From: a bacterium
GTDB taxonomy: Bacteria > JAHJDO01
Direction: 5' to 3'
Length of the DNA stretch: 64,000 nt
Assembly (NCBI GenBank): GCA_043824255.1
Contig: JBDRTG010000043.1
Location: 68,472-132,471 of the forward strand
Part shown: positions 10,139-19,979 of the stretch, in pieces
Position numbering within the stretch: the first letter of the stretch is position 1
Layout: the number at the start of each line of letters is the position of its first letter
Notes under the pieces: generated by a model
Databases searched by the model: none
What the model was told of the DNA's origin: nothing
Seen by the model: the letters and a program-made list of their open reading frames with translations, nothing else
Program-made: the position numbers and the translations under genes

Positions 10139-10702
10139 TTATTTATTCCTTTTCTTTCTTGAATATTCTTCTAATTCTTTAACAACAATTGCACGTTGTT
10201 TAGTATCAGGAATTGCAATAATTAATAATTCGTTCAACCGATCCATAATTCTTTCATGATAAGGATTGGGGAAAACATTTCTGCCAATATATGTAAGATA
10301 CTGTATTTCAACAAGACCTCTCTCCAATTTGACCAAATCACCCTCGATACCTATAACACTATTTTTAACTTGATCTATATCATTTTCACTTTTCTTTACG
10401 CTTTGTACAGCTTTTGATAATTCTTTTGCTTGGGATTCAATCGATCGTCGGAGAGTATTTATAATTTCAGCATCTTGACGTGCTTCTTCCTTTTTTTCTT
10501 TTATAAATTTTACATCGGCCCATTTGCTGCTAAAAATAAAGGAGCCAAGCTCCCCAAATTGGAAGAGGTAAACTGCACTTAAGATAATAAGGGTAAAAAA
10601 GAAAAGAAGTTTATATGTCAAATTTTCCTTTTTGCAAACTTGCCATAGTAATATGCTAAGCATGATAACCGCAAAAATTAAAAATATTATTTGTTCATTC
10701 AT
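10139..10702 (-). CDS. Hypothetical membrane protein with coiled coil
   Basis: Two N-terminal TM segments, then a heptad-rich region; starts 8 bp after the GTTGGGC site. Confidence 0.7.
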   Translation of the reverse strand: MNEQIIFLIFAVIMLSILLWQVCKKENLTYKLLFFFTLIILSAVYLFQFGELGSFIFSSKWADVKFIKEKKEEARQDAEIINTLRRSIESQAKELSKAVQSVKKSENDIDQVKNSVIGIEGDLVKLERGLVEIQYLTYIGRNVFPNPYHERIMDRLNELLIIAIPDTKQRAIVVKELEEYSRKKRNK

Positions 10703-10709
10703 TTTTTAG

Positions 10710-10818
10710 GCCCAACATTCATCACTAACCACCCACTTCTACTTTAATACTACCCTATCTCAAATTGCCTAAAACCTCAATAAAGACTTGACCCTTTTTT
10801 AGTAGCGAATTGTTAGGC
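10710..10818 (-). mobile_element. attC-like integron recombination site
   Basis: Minus strand GCCTAAC-AATTC-GCTACTAA...TTAGTGA-TGAAT-GTTGGGC fits RYYYAAC/5/8 ... 7/5/GTTRRRY spacing with an extrahelical base. The centre is not palindromic. Confidence 0.55.
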
Positions 10819-11233
10819 ATTTTATTAAGTTATGATCGAATCATTGTTAGCAACATTTTGAAATTTTCTGTAGCCTTTAATGCATGAGGCTTATTTGCTG
10901 GCATAACAATCATCTGACCTGATTCTAAAGTATTTGGATTACCCGAAATTGTGATTTCTGCTTTGCCATCAAGAATATAAACCATAGCATCAAATGGAGC
11001 TGTATGTTCACTTAATGCCTGTCCTTTACTAAATGCAAACAATGTTATCGTTCCAGTTTCTTTTTCTATTAAAGTTCTACTTACAACTGATTCATCTTGG
11101 TAATTCACTAAGTCATTTACAGTTTCTGGTTTCGCTTCTTGATTCATGTTTTCCTCCATATAACAGCCACTTCTACTTTAATATTACCCTACCTCAAATT
11201 ACCTAAAACCTCAATAAAGACTTGACCCTTTTT
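10733..11233. repeat. 67-bp direct repeat (10733-10799, 11167-11233) flanking the cupin gene
   Basis: CCACTTCTACTTTAATA...GACTTGACCCTTTTT, 3 mismatches by eye. Confidence 0.9.
10830..11147 (-). CDS. Cupin domain protein
   Basis: VVSRTL, TLFAFSKGQALSEHTAPFDA, MPANKPHAL. ATG 11147 follows GGAGG (alternative start 11159). Confidence 0.9.
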   Translation of the reverse strand: MNQEAKPETVNDLVNYQDESVVSRTLIEKETGTITLFAFSKGQALSEHTAPFDAMVYILDGKAEITISGNPNTLESGQMIVMPANKPHALKATENFKMLLTMIRS

Positions 11234-12701
11234 ATGTTGAAAATTTTTGAATTCTTTTCAGGCAGGTTTGTTTTCCCAGAACATCCATAACATCAAATAT
11301 CGGCGGGCTTGCGGCGCGGCCGGTGAGTACAACTCTTACAGGATGAATGACGTCTCCCGGCTTCAGACCTTTTTTCTCAATAAATGCTCTTACTGCGCTT
11401 TCAAGTGTTTCTATATCAAATGATTTTACTCCTTCTATTACTCTGCATAACTCCTGTAGCATTTCTAAAACACCATCTTTCTTCAAGAACTTATTAACTG
11501 CTTTCTCCTCATATATCGGAGTGTCCATAAAAAAGTAATTTATAAGCTGTGGAATTTCAGAGAATTTTTTAAGCCTTTCCTGGATTAATCCAACTATTTT
11601 GGAAATTTTATCAATACTAACTTCCCTGGTGTCTTTTATAAACTTCGCCTTTTTTAACTCTTCCAAAGCGATGTCAGCAAGTTTTTCCAGAGACATTTTT
11701 CTTATATATAAACCATTCATCCAATCAAGCTTCTGGCTGTCAAAAACAGCATTTCTGTCATTTATCTTTTCTATTGAAAAGCTCTCTATAATTTCATCTT
11801 TGCTCATAACTTCACGGTTATCTCCGGGAGCCCAGCCAAGCAGGGTAAGAAAGTTGAGTAATGCATGAGGAAGATAGCCCATGTCTCTATATTCAAGAGG
11901 AGAAGCTGCGCCATGGCGTTTGCTCAATTTTGCCTTATCAGGTCCGAGAATCAAAGGAATATGCGCAAATTCAGGGGAATTAATTCCTAATGCCTTGTAT
12001 ACAGCAATCTGCTTCGGTGTGTTTGAGATATGGTCGTCCCCTCTTATAACATGAGTTATCTTCATTTCTATATCATCAACTACACACGCAAAGTTGTACG
12101 TTGGACCGGCATTGGATTTAACAATAACAAAATCATCCAGAACCGAGTTATCAATACGTATTTTCCCGTGAATAAGGTCTTTAAATTCTGTAGTGCCGGC
12201 AGTAGGTACTTTAAATCGCAAAACATGTTTTATGCCCTGCGAGGCTAGATGCTCTATTTCTTCTTTGCTTAAATTCCTGCATTTACCGTCATATCTGGGC
12301 GGCAATTTTTTCTTTTGCATCTGATGCCTCATCTCTGCAAGCCTTTCAGTAGTGCAGAAGCATGGATAAACCATATTTTTCTTGATCAATATATCTGCGT
12401 ACTTTTTATATTTATCCAGTCTTTGCATCTGATAATAAGGGCCGAAATCTCCTCCAACATCAGGTCCCTCATCCCAATCCAGCCCAAACCATCTTAAGCT
12501 TTCAAGTATTAGACTTACTGATTCAGGAGTTGAGCGCTCTTTGTCAGTGTCCTCTATTCGAAGTATGAATTTCCCTCCTGTATGCCTTGCAAAAAGCCAG
12601 TTGAATATGGCAGTCCTTGTATTGCCAAGATGAAGGGAACCTGTTGGGGACGGAGCAAAACGAACTCTTACATTCTTTAAATCAGCGTTGTTGTTATGCA
12701 T
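11232..12701 (-). CDS. gltX: Glutamate--tRNA ligase
   Basis: RFAPSPTGSLHLG, LRIEDTD, IRGDDH, KLSKRHG, anticodon domain. Confidence 0.97.
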   Translation of the reverse strand: MHNNNADLKNVRVRFAPSPTGSLHLGNTRTAIFNWLFARHTGGKFILRIEDTDKERSTPESVSLILESLRWFGLDWDEGPDVGGDFGPYYQMQRLDKYKKYADILIKKNMVYPCFCTTERLAEMRHQMQKKKLPPRYDGKCRNLSKEEIEHLASQGIKHVLRFKVPTAGTTEFKDLIHGKIRIDNSVLDDFVIVKSNAGPTYNFACVVDDIEMKITHVIRGDDHISNTPKQIAVYKALGINSPEFAHIPLILGPDKAKLSKRHGAASPLEYRDMGYLPHALLNFLTLLGWAPGDNREVMSKDEIIESFSIEKINDRNAVFDSQKLDWMNGLYIRKMSLEKLADIALEELKKAKFIKDTREVSIDKISKIVGLIQERLKKFSEIPQLINYFFMDTPIYEEKAVNKFLKKDGVLEMLQELCRVIEGVKSFDIETLESAVRAFIEKKGLKPGDVIHPVRVVLTGRAASPPIFDVMDVLGKQTCLKRIQKFST

Positions 12702-14209
12702 ATGACTACTTCCGTCTTAATATTAATGTCTCTTTTATGCTTAAACAAATATCCCAGTATTGGAATATCTTTCAATAGAGGAATGCCGTGTTCAATGGTT
12801 TTTTTATCCTCCTTAAAAAGACCGCCTATAACCAGAGTATCCCTATCCTTCATGCTCACAGTTGTATCCGTTGATCTATTGCTAAAAATTGGCGTGTCAT
12901 ATTCGCCTTTGTATCCTATAATATATTTTACCTCTGGTTTTACGTTCAGAACAATTAGTTCATTATTTCTAACATGGGGTGTAACAGTCAGGGTTATACC
13001 TGTCTGCAGAAAATCAGTTATAAAATATCGTGTCCCTGCTCCTACTCCTGCTGCTCTATTATCATAGTTTTCTTTTCTGTACGGTATACTATCTCCGGAT
13101 GTGATAACCGCTTTTTGATTATTGAGAACAACCACCTTTGGCCGCGCAACTATCTTTGCTCTTCCTTCACTGACCAGAGCATCTATTGTTGCAAAAAGGG
13201 CGTCTCTCTTGTATTTTTCTCCCAGAAGGCCTCTTACTATAAGTTCTGTTCCCCTTGTTTCTTTTACTGCTGTATTTAATCCATGTCCAATGGTTGCTTT
13301 TACGGACGGACGAGTAAGGCTCCAGTCAATACCTATCTCAGTTTCCTTATCATAGCTGATCTCGAATATTCGCGCTTCAATAAGCACCTGAGGTACTTTT
13401 ATATCAATATTTTCAATAAGCTTTCTTATACTTCTAATGTATGAAACTGTATCAGTTACTATTAATTGGGATTTGTCCAGATAGACCTGTACTCTTCCTC
13501 TTGATGAAAGCTCATTTTCAACAATTGTTTTCGCTGTAGCAGGGTCAATATGTTGTAAGGGAAATACGGCCGTGATAAAATCATCAGGCAGCATCTTCTT
13601 CAGCATTTTCTCATCAATATTTGCCCCGGTTCCTTTTGATAAAGGATTGTCGAACTCCTGAGAAGTTATATCAATAATGCTGGGAGTTTGTAAGCTTAGA
13701 TCTTGTTTTTTAGACGCTGTAATTGTGATTGTAATTTCAACATCTCCGTTTTTCTCCTTGCTAACAGTATTAACAGTTACCGTTTTATTTGTGATTACAT
13801 CAATCAGCGTAGAATATACAGGCGTGCCATCATTTGTTGCCTGTATGCTCGGATTTGCGATGCTTCCTGAAATTCTGGATATCTTCAGATTTGATATAAG
13901 CTGGTCTTTTTTATGACAAAAGCCTGTTTTCTTTGCCGGATTCACTCCATCCAGATAGATTTTTGTTTTTCTATCTAATTGACCAGTTTCTACAGATATC
14001 GTTTTTGATTGATCAAACGAAACATTATTTTCTTCGTTTTTATCAAGCACCATATCTATTTTTGATGTCTTGCTATCAATATCTGTTACAGTTATTTTTG
14101 ATATAGCTCCTGTCCATAAATCCTCAGAGAAACAAATTCCACCAGATATAACAGAAACCGTCAAGATGAATATCGTAACCAATATCCTAAGAACATTTTT
14201 ATTTAACAT
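12677..14209 (-). CDS. Secretin (GspD/PilQ family)
   Basis: Signal peptide; N domain; PQVLIEARIFE, GITLTVTPHV, TLVIGGL, GIPLLKDIPILGYLFK. Confidence 0.9.
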   Translation of the reverse strand: MLNKNVLRILVTIFILTVSVISGGICFSEDLWTGAISKITVTDIDSKTSKIDMVLDKNEENNVSFDQSKTISVETGQLDRKTKIYLDGVNPAKKTGFCHKKDQLISNLKISRISGSIANPSIQATNDGTPVYSTLIDVITNKTVTVNTVSKEKNGDVEITITITASKKQDLSLQTPSIIDITSQEFDNPLSKGTGANIDEKMLKKMLPDDFITAVFPLQHIDPATAKTIVENELSSRGRVQVYLDKSQLIVTDTVSYIRSIRKLIENIDIKVPQVLIEARIFEISYDKETEIGIDWSLTRPSVKATIGHGLNTAVKETRGTELIVRGLLGEKYKRDALFATIDALVSEGRAKIVARPKVVVLNNQKAVITSGDSIPYRKENYDNRAAGVGAGTRYFITDFLQTGITLTVTPHVRNNELIVLNVKPEVKYIIGYKGEYDTPIFSNRSTDTTVSMKDRDTLVIGGLFKEDKKTIEHGIPLLKDIPILGYLFKHKRDINIKTEVVICITTTLI

Positions 14210-14648
14210 AAAACCTCCATCTGATTACAGAAGACGATTTTGTAAACTTATACTGCTTAAAGTATTCCTGATATGCTTGGAAATACTTCCTTTCAGAAGA
14301 CACATCTACAATTCTTCCATCATTGTCATAGCTTAATAGATATATTGTTCTATATCCCTGTTCCTTATTAAGATTTTTCGTGCTCATATTAACAGTGTAG
14401 TTTGTCCCTTCCTTCCATGTGCTGATAATTGTCAACTTTACATTCGGCCCCTTTGCTTCTCCATGAAGTATTTTCTCAAGCTCTTTATCTATCTTTTTCA
14501 CAAGAGGCGGTCTCTGGAATACTGCTATTTCAGGAGCTGACATTCTGTTACCAGAAGGTGCGTTCTCTCCATAAACATGTCCTGTCCAAAATCCACATAA
14601 AATCCAAATACAAGACAAAATCCAAAATTCAAATTTAGAACTTCTCAT
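14199..14648 (-). CDS. Secreted hypothetical protein
   Basis: Signal peptide, beta-rich C-terminus; overlaps both neighbours. Confidence 0.7.
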   Translation of the reverse strand: MRSSKFEFWILSCIWILCGFWTGHVYGENAPSGNRMSAPEIAVFQRPPLVKKIDKELEKILHGEAKGPNVKLTIISTWKEGTNYTVNMSTKNLNKEQGYRTIYLLSYDNDGRIVDVSSERKYFQAYQEYFKQYKFTKSSSVIRWRFYVK

Positions 14649-17317
14649 ATTGAATCACTTTTCTCATCCCAATCGCTTTCTACGGTTGCTGAAACAACTC
14701 TTGGCCGAATATTACAGGTTTTACATCCGTCAAAATTCTTCATTTTCCCTTTAAGAAATTTCTCAATTACCATTCGACAGTCTTTCATTCTAAAAATTAA
14801 GACTTGAGCATTTCCTATCTTCCCTTCTTTGACTAACCCTTTTTCCTTCATTACTTTTAAGTATGCTCCTTTATCTGTAATCGGACAGGCTCCATCCCGC
14901 CAGCCCCATGTACGGCACTTTACCATCTGTCCATTTGTAAGCTTTACCGGATGTTCCTCAGTCCTTTTTCCTAAGCATGGAACATTATTGGTCATTTCAA
15001 CTACATGGTGGAAAGTATTAGCGCCTGGAACGCTTATCAAGATTACTTTTCCTTCTTCCTTTTCTAAAAGAGCTAAGGGAGAACTTTCTCCCATAGTAAG
15101 GACTTTATGGTGATTTTCCACAAATCTTTTTGCTTTATTGCCCCAGACAGCAAAAGCGTGGGTAGGATTCAAAGACCTGTAAACACCCTGCATCCTCCAG
15201 AAAGTATCAGGAACGATACCATTGGTGGTGGATGTTTCTTTTGGGCTGTAATAACCGTGAACATCCCTGAGAAATGGAGCATCATGATTAAAAGACGGCA
15301 TCATTAGAACTCCCTCTTTGCCTACGCTCTCCATTAAGACTTTACAGACTGTTTCCGCTCCGCCTTCCACATAACCGATACTGGAAAGAGAACAATGAAC
15401 CATAATTCGGTCGCCCTTCCTAATACCTAACTTTCTTAAGTCACTCCTAATATCTTCCTTTCTCAATCTAACTTTATAATGAATCTTTATGTAGCCGTAT
15501 TTATCTAAAAGAAGAAAATACCTGAGCAAATTTCTGGTTTCCTCTTGACTTAATCTTTCTCTCAATTCATATCCAACCAGTTTGAAGATTTGATAAAGAT
15601 CCCTTTCCCCATCTGCCCAATTCAATGCCTCATCAGCTGCTTTGGGCTTTTCTCTTCTCTGGTTAAAAGGCACTTTAGCCAGGGAAAAAGGAAAACCCAC
15701 GCTCTTTCTTTCTATAATCATATTTTTGGCTTCTTTTTCTTTGACAGTCATGGAAAGCAGTGCTTCTTCTGCAATTTTACTCTTTTCTTCCTTAGCTATT
15801 TTTTCTATTTCTTTTTCAAAATCATCTGTCTTTTCTTTAGGATTTATTTTTCTCAGGGAGAGAAATCTCTTTTTCTGCCATGAGCACAAAAAGTCAAACC
15901 TTTCCCCTTTTTCCTTTGTAACTTCACCCATTAATTTTTTGCTCTCTTCCAAAATCTTTATTTTTGCTTCTCTTAAGGCAAGATTTTTCAGATATTTCAT
16001 CTCTTCTTTATCCGCAGCAGCCAGAAAGTAGGCATAGGAAGCTACTAGGGTGATTATCTTCCCTGCTAAGTTCCAGTCAATAATCCGGTCAAAGGCATCC
16101 ATGGAATTATGATGGTATTTCCCAGGATGTATCCAGACCCAATTCGTTGGAATGCCAATGGTCTTATCAGGCATGTGAGTATCATCAGAAAAGTTTCCTC
16201 TTCCTATCTGGCAGTGATAAGAAGAAAGATAGGATTTCGCCATGTTCTCAAGAAGAAAATCTCCAAAAAAAGGCTGGCTAGCCGGGTTCATTCTTATATT
16301 GACAGGGAAACCTGTTTTTTGAGGGTCGTTACCTATGCCATCCAGACTTACAGCCGCAATTATCTTCTCTCTTTTTCTTTTATCAGCAAAAAAATGGGCA
16401 AAGCCATATCTTTCTGATGATGCTAAAAATCTAATTCCTCTCTTCAAAGGAGAAAGTTTGCCTTTCTTTACCAGGTTGGAGAGTAGTCTGCTTATCTCAA
16501 TTAAAGCCGCTCCTCCGATAGCGTCATCTCCTAAAAATGGTTCGTAGAGATGGGCTAAAAATAAGATTTCTCTGTCTTCCTTTCCTTGAATGAGCCCGGT
16601 AACCTCTGCAATTGAACCATCATAAATCCTGCTTTTTACCGCAGCCTTTACCTTTACGTTTTTCTCTCTGAGTAATTTTGCCAGATAATCCCCCTTACGC
16701 GGAGAGATACAGAAACAAAAAATCTTTTTATCCTCTATGGTGTGGTACCACCCGGGACCTCCGCTCCAGCCATTTGCCCAGCTAATGCCGTCGGGCAGGT
16801 CCAGATAACCTTCTGAATAAGAGGAGATAATACCTATGGCTCCTTTTTGGATCGCTTCTTTTTCTATTGCCTGAGGAGGAAAATATTGCGTAAAGATAAC
16901 ACTTCCTTTTACATCTTCCCCCTTTTTCATCTTTTCCTCTGAAATTACCTCAGCCGTTATTCCTTCTTTAGGAGTTGGAGCACAGCGATTGGCAACACAG
17001 AAAGGCTCTTCTTTATGGCTCGCTAAAAGTTTTAAAGGGACCTCTTCTGGTTCAACTATTTCAAGTGTAGCGCTTTCAACATCAAAGGCTTGCGGCATAA
17101 TATGATCCAGATAGGTTGTTTTACCATCAGCAGGTAAATCCTTCTTTTCTACTCCTAAAGCCCCGGCCCTTTTAAGTTCCTGAGCAAAATAGAGAGCCGA
17201 TTTCTGAAAATCCTTATAGCAAAAATGTCTTTCAAAATTATAGATCTGAGTACTTGTTCTCTTCAAATTCTCCAGATCAAGTTCTCTTTCTACAACCTCC
17301 AATATTCTACGATACAT
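14645..17317 (-). CDS. Fusion of M28/DUF4910-like metallopeptidase and AAC(3)-family N-acetyltransferase
   Basis: N-terminal LAHLYEP..GDDAIG, SERYG, SLDGIG, YHHNSMD plus a winged-helix-like segment. C-terminal LRKLGIRKGDRIMVHCSLSSIG, MPSF, RSLNPTHAF, NTFHHVVE. Confidence 0.8.
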   Translation of the reverse strand: MYRRILEVVERELDLENLKRTSTQIYNFERHFCYKDFQKSALYFAQELKRAGALGVEKKDLPADGKTTYLDHIMPQAFDVESATLEIVEPEEVPLKLLASHKEEPFCVANRCAPTPKEGITAEVISEEKMKKGEDVKGSVIFTQYFPPQAIEKEAIQKGAIGIISSYSEGYLDLPDGISWANGWSGGPGWYHTIEDKKIFCFCISPRKGDYLAKLLREKNVKVKAAVKSRIYDGSIAEVTGLIQGKEDREILFLAHLYEPFLGDDAIGGAALIEISRLLSNLVKKGKLSPLKRGIRFLASSERYGFAHFFADKRKREKIIAAVSLDGIGNDPQKTGFPVNIRMNPASQPFFGDFLLENMAKSYLSSYHCQIGRGNFSDDTHMPDKTIGIPTNWVWIHPGKYHHNSMDAFDRIIDWNLAGKIITLVASYAYFLAAADKEEMKYLKNLALREAKIKILEESKKLMGEVTKEKGERFDFLCSWQKKRFLSLRKINPKEKTDDFEKEIEKIAKEEKSKIAEEALLSMTVKEKEAKNMIIERKSVGFPFSLAKVPFNQRREKPKAADEALNWADGERDLYQIFKLVGYELRERLSQEETRNLLRYFLLLDKYGYIKIHYKVRLRKEDIRSDLRKLGIRKGDRIMVHCSLSSIGYVEGGAETVCKVLMESVGKEGVLMMPSFNHDAPFLRDVHGYYSPKETSTTNGIVPDTFWRMQGVYRSLNPTHAFAVWGNKAKRFVENHHKVLTMGESSPLALLEKEEGKVILISVPGANTFHHVVEMTNNVPCLGKRTEEHPVKLTNGQMVKCRTWGWRDGACPITDKGAYLKVMKEKGLVKEGKIGNAQVLIFRMKDCRMVIEKFLKGKMKNFDGCKTCNIRPRVVSATVESDWDEKSDSI

Positions 17318-17343
17318 ATTTGCTTCATCCTTAACTAAAAAAC

Positions 17344-18378
17344 TTAAGTTTCACTTGAAAATAGTTCTTTTTGAGGAGCTTCCTTATTTGGCATGACACC
17401 AAGATGTTTATATGCAAGTGTAGTTGCTTTTCTACCACTTGGTGTACGTTTGATAAATCCCTGCTGTATGAGATATGGTTCATAAATCTCTTCTATTGTG
17501 TCCTGCTCTTCACCTATAGCAACAGCAATTGTTCCTATTCCTACAGGACCGCCATTAAATTTATGGATGATTGTTTCTAGAATTTTTTTATCCATATCAT
17601 CAAGTCCATATTTATCTACCTCCAGCATCATTAAAGCCTTATCAGCAACTTCATTAGTAATCTTCCCGTCTGCTTTTACTTCCGCATAATCCCTTACACG
17701 CCTGAGGAGTCTATTCCCTATTCTTGGTGTACCGCGTGACCTTTTTGCAATCTCCATAGCTCCTTCAGATGTTATCTCAACACGAAGAATCTTTGCAGAG
17801 CGAATGATAATATCATATAGATCATCCTGTCCGTAAAACTCTAATCTGGACACGATACCAAATCTCGACCTTAGAGGGGAAGTAAGAAGCCCGGCGCGCG
17901 TTGTTGCTCCAATAAGTGTAAAAGAGGGAAGATCGAGCTTTACTGACCTTGCACTTGGGCCTTTGTCAATCATAATGTCTATCTTATAGTTCTCCATAGC
18001 TGGATATAAATATTCCTCTACAACGTGACTAAGGCGATGCACCTCGTCTATGAATATAACATCTCCATCGTCCAGATTTGTGAGAACGCCAGCTAAATCA
18101 CCAGCTCTCTCAATAACAGGCCCTGAACTGGTTCTAATATTTACATCCATAGTTCTGGCAATTATATTTGCAAGTGTTGTTTTTCCAAGTCCGGGCGGCC
18201 CATACAAAAGGACATGGTCAAGTGATTCGTTTCTCTTTTTTGCAGCTTGAATGCAAATCTGAAGATGTTCCTTGATTTTATTTTGACCAACAAATTCCTC
18301 AAACCTTCCAGGTCGCAGAGTAACGTCAAACTCCTTATCTTCGTCCCGCAGATTTGGGGTTGTTATTTTGTTTTCCAT
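17344..18378 (-). CDS. ruvB: Holliday junction helicase RuvB
   Basis: [34 protein letters not shown]. Confidence 0.98.
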   Translation of the reverse strand: MENKITTPNLRDEDKEFDVTLRPGRFEEFVGQNKIKEHLQICIQAAKKRNESLDHVLLYGPPGLGKTTLANIIARTMDVNIRTSSGPVIERAGDLAGVLTNLDDGDVIFIDEVHRLSHVVEEYLYPAMENYKIDIMIDKGPSARSVKLDLPSFTLIGATTRAGLLTSPLRSRFGIVSRLEFYGQDDLYDIIIRSAKILRVEITSEGAMEIAKRSRGTPRIGNRLLRRVRDYAEVKADGKITNEVADKALMMLEVDKYGLDDMDKKILETIIHKFNGGPVGIGTIAVAIGEEQDTIEEIYEPYLIQQGFIKRTPSGRKATTLAYKHLGVMPNKEAPQKELFSSET

Positions 18379-18545
18379 ATAATATAACTATAATCAATTT
18401 ATCAGAAAAATACAACGGGATTGTAAATGAGAAAGTAGTTGATTCGTCTGGCAAAATATCCTACATTAAACTCTACCAACATGTATGATATTATATCGGC
18501 AATATTTAGTATTATAGCTTAAATGATAACAAAAGGAGTGAAGAA

Positions 18546-19796
18546 ATGATCGAAACAAATCTGTTTAAAATTACACAGAACCAATTAGATGAAGCTGTTG
18601 AGAAGTTGGGTCTCAATAAGGCTGCTCACGAGCTTCTTCGGTGGCCTCAACGGGAATTCACGTTCACTCTTCCAGTAAAGATGGATGATGGAACTACCAA
18701 GATCTTTCATGGATTCAGAATTCAATATAATTCAGCTCTTGGTCCCACAAAGGGAGGAGTGCGCTGGCATCCTGAAGAAACTATAGATACTGTGCGCGCT
18801 CTAGCTGCGTGGATGACATGGAAGTGTGCTCTTGTAAACATCCCTCTTGGAGGGGGTAAAGGCGGTATAATTTGCAATCCTAAGATAATGTCCGAAAGGG
18901 AAAAAGAATATCTTGCAAGGGCTTATATCAGAGCTATTGCTTCTCACATTGGCGTCCACAAAGATGTACCTGCTCCTGATGTTTACACAACACCGCAGAT
19001 TATGGCTTGGATGATGGATGAGTACGAGGCTATAGTGGGGGAATCTCATCCAGGGATGATCACAGGCAAACCGCTGTCATTGGGAGGCAGTGAAGGACGT
19101 GGAGATGCAACAGCTCGTGGAGGAGTCTTTACTGTAAGAGAGGCATGCAAAGCTTGTGGTATTAGCTCCAAAGGCACCTTTGCAGTTCAGGGCTTTGGAA
19201 ACGCAGGACAATTCGCAGCACTGCTTCATCCGGAAATACTAGAAGAAGGAAAACTTATTGCAGTATCTGACTCAAAGGGAGGAATATATAAGGAATCCGG
19301 AATTAATCCTAGAGATATAGTAGACCATAAATTAAAAACAGGAAGTGTAGCCGATTTCCCCGGAACAAGTTCTATCAGCAATAAAGAGATTATTGAGCTT
19401 GATGTTGATGTTTTCTATCCAGCAGCTATGGAGAACGTTATTACTGAGAAAAACGCGCAAAATATCAAAGCCAGAATAATCTGTGAGCTTGCAAACGGAC
19501 CTACAACTCCTGAAGCAGACGCAATACTTTATGCAAAAGGCGTTCACATTATACCGGATTTTCTTGCCAATGCCGGAGGAGTAACTGTCAGCTATTTTGA
19601 ACAGGTTCAAAATACATATAACTATTACTGGACATTGGATGATGTGCATAAACAGCTGGATGCCAAAATGACCACTGCTTACCACTCAGTATATAAAATG
19701 CATAAGGAAAAGAATGTTCATATGCGTTTAGCTGCATATATGATTGCCGTTTCCCGCGTTGCCGAGGCTGTAAAACTTAGAGGCTGGATATCGTAA
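18546..19796 (+). CDS. gdhA: Glutamate dehydrogenase (Glu/Leu/Phe/Val family)
   Basis: [50 protein letters not shown]. Confidence 0.92.
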   Translation: MIETNLFKITQNQLDEAVEKLGLNKAAHELLRWPQREFTFTLPVKMDDGTTKIFHGFRIQYNSALGPTKGGVRWHPEETIDTVRALAAWMTWKCALVNIPLGGGKGGIICNPKIMSEREKEYLARAYIRAIASHIGVHKDVPAPDVYTTPQIMAWMMDEYEAIVGESHPGMITGKPLSLGGSEGRGDATARGGVFTVREACKACGISSKGTFAVQGFGNAGQFAALLHPEILEEGKLIAVSDSKGGIYKESGINPRDIVDHKLKTGSVADFPGTSSISNKEIIELDVDVFYPAAMENVITEKNAQNIKARIICELANGPTTPEADAILYAKGVHIIPDFLANAGGVTVSYFEQVQNTYNYYWTLDDVHKQLDAKMTTAYHSVYKMHKEKNVHMRLAAYMIAVSRVAEAVKLRGWIS

Positions 19797-19821
19797 AAGA
19801 CAAGTTGGTGTTTTTTAGCTA

Positions 19822-19877
19822 TTGTCAACTATATTTGTACTATGATATAATTCCGTCCCATGAGATTCTCAATGGGA
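19822..19877 (+). promoter_or_regulatory. Promoter of the carB operon with downstream palindrome
   Basis: TTGTCA-18 bp-TATAAT with extended TG, followed by TCCCATGAGATTCTCAATGGGA. Confidence 0.6.
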
Positions 19878-19979
19878 TTTTCGATCGCCTTTTCAGTATG
19901 GTCTGTTCAGCGATGTCTGTTCTCTAGTAATATCATGTTTATAATGCCTAACATATCAAAGCGCTAAGGAGATTATTTT

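Noticed and set aside
7784..10702. Multi-cassette integron array
   Set aside because: Genes are separated by under 10 bp or overlap in most cases, with no further attC-like sites; only one site was found.
10733..11233. CRISPR array
   Set aside because: Only two 67-bp copies separated by a whole gene; no cas genes. No array was seen elsewhere in the window.
14645..15480. Aminoglycoside resistance gene call
   Set aside because: The AAC(3) fold is broader than resistance. The domain is fused and sits in a housekeeping context, with no evidence for the substrate.
17344..18378. ruvB without adjacent ruvA/ruvC
   Set aside because: Split ruv genes are common and not informative without the rest of the genome.
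19852..19979. Known riboswitch (glutamine, purine, PyrR leader)
   Set aside because: I could not find the consensus elements by eye; an Rfam scan is needed to be sure.
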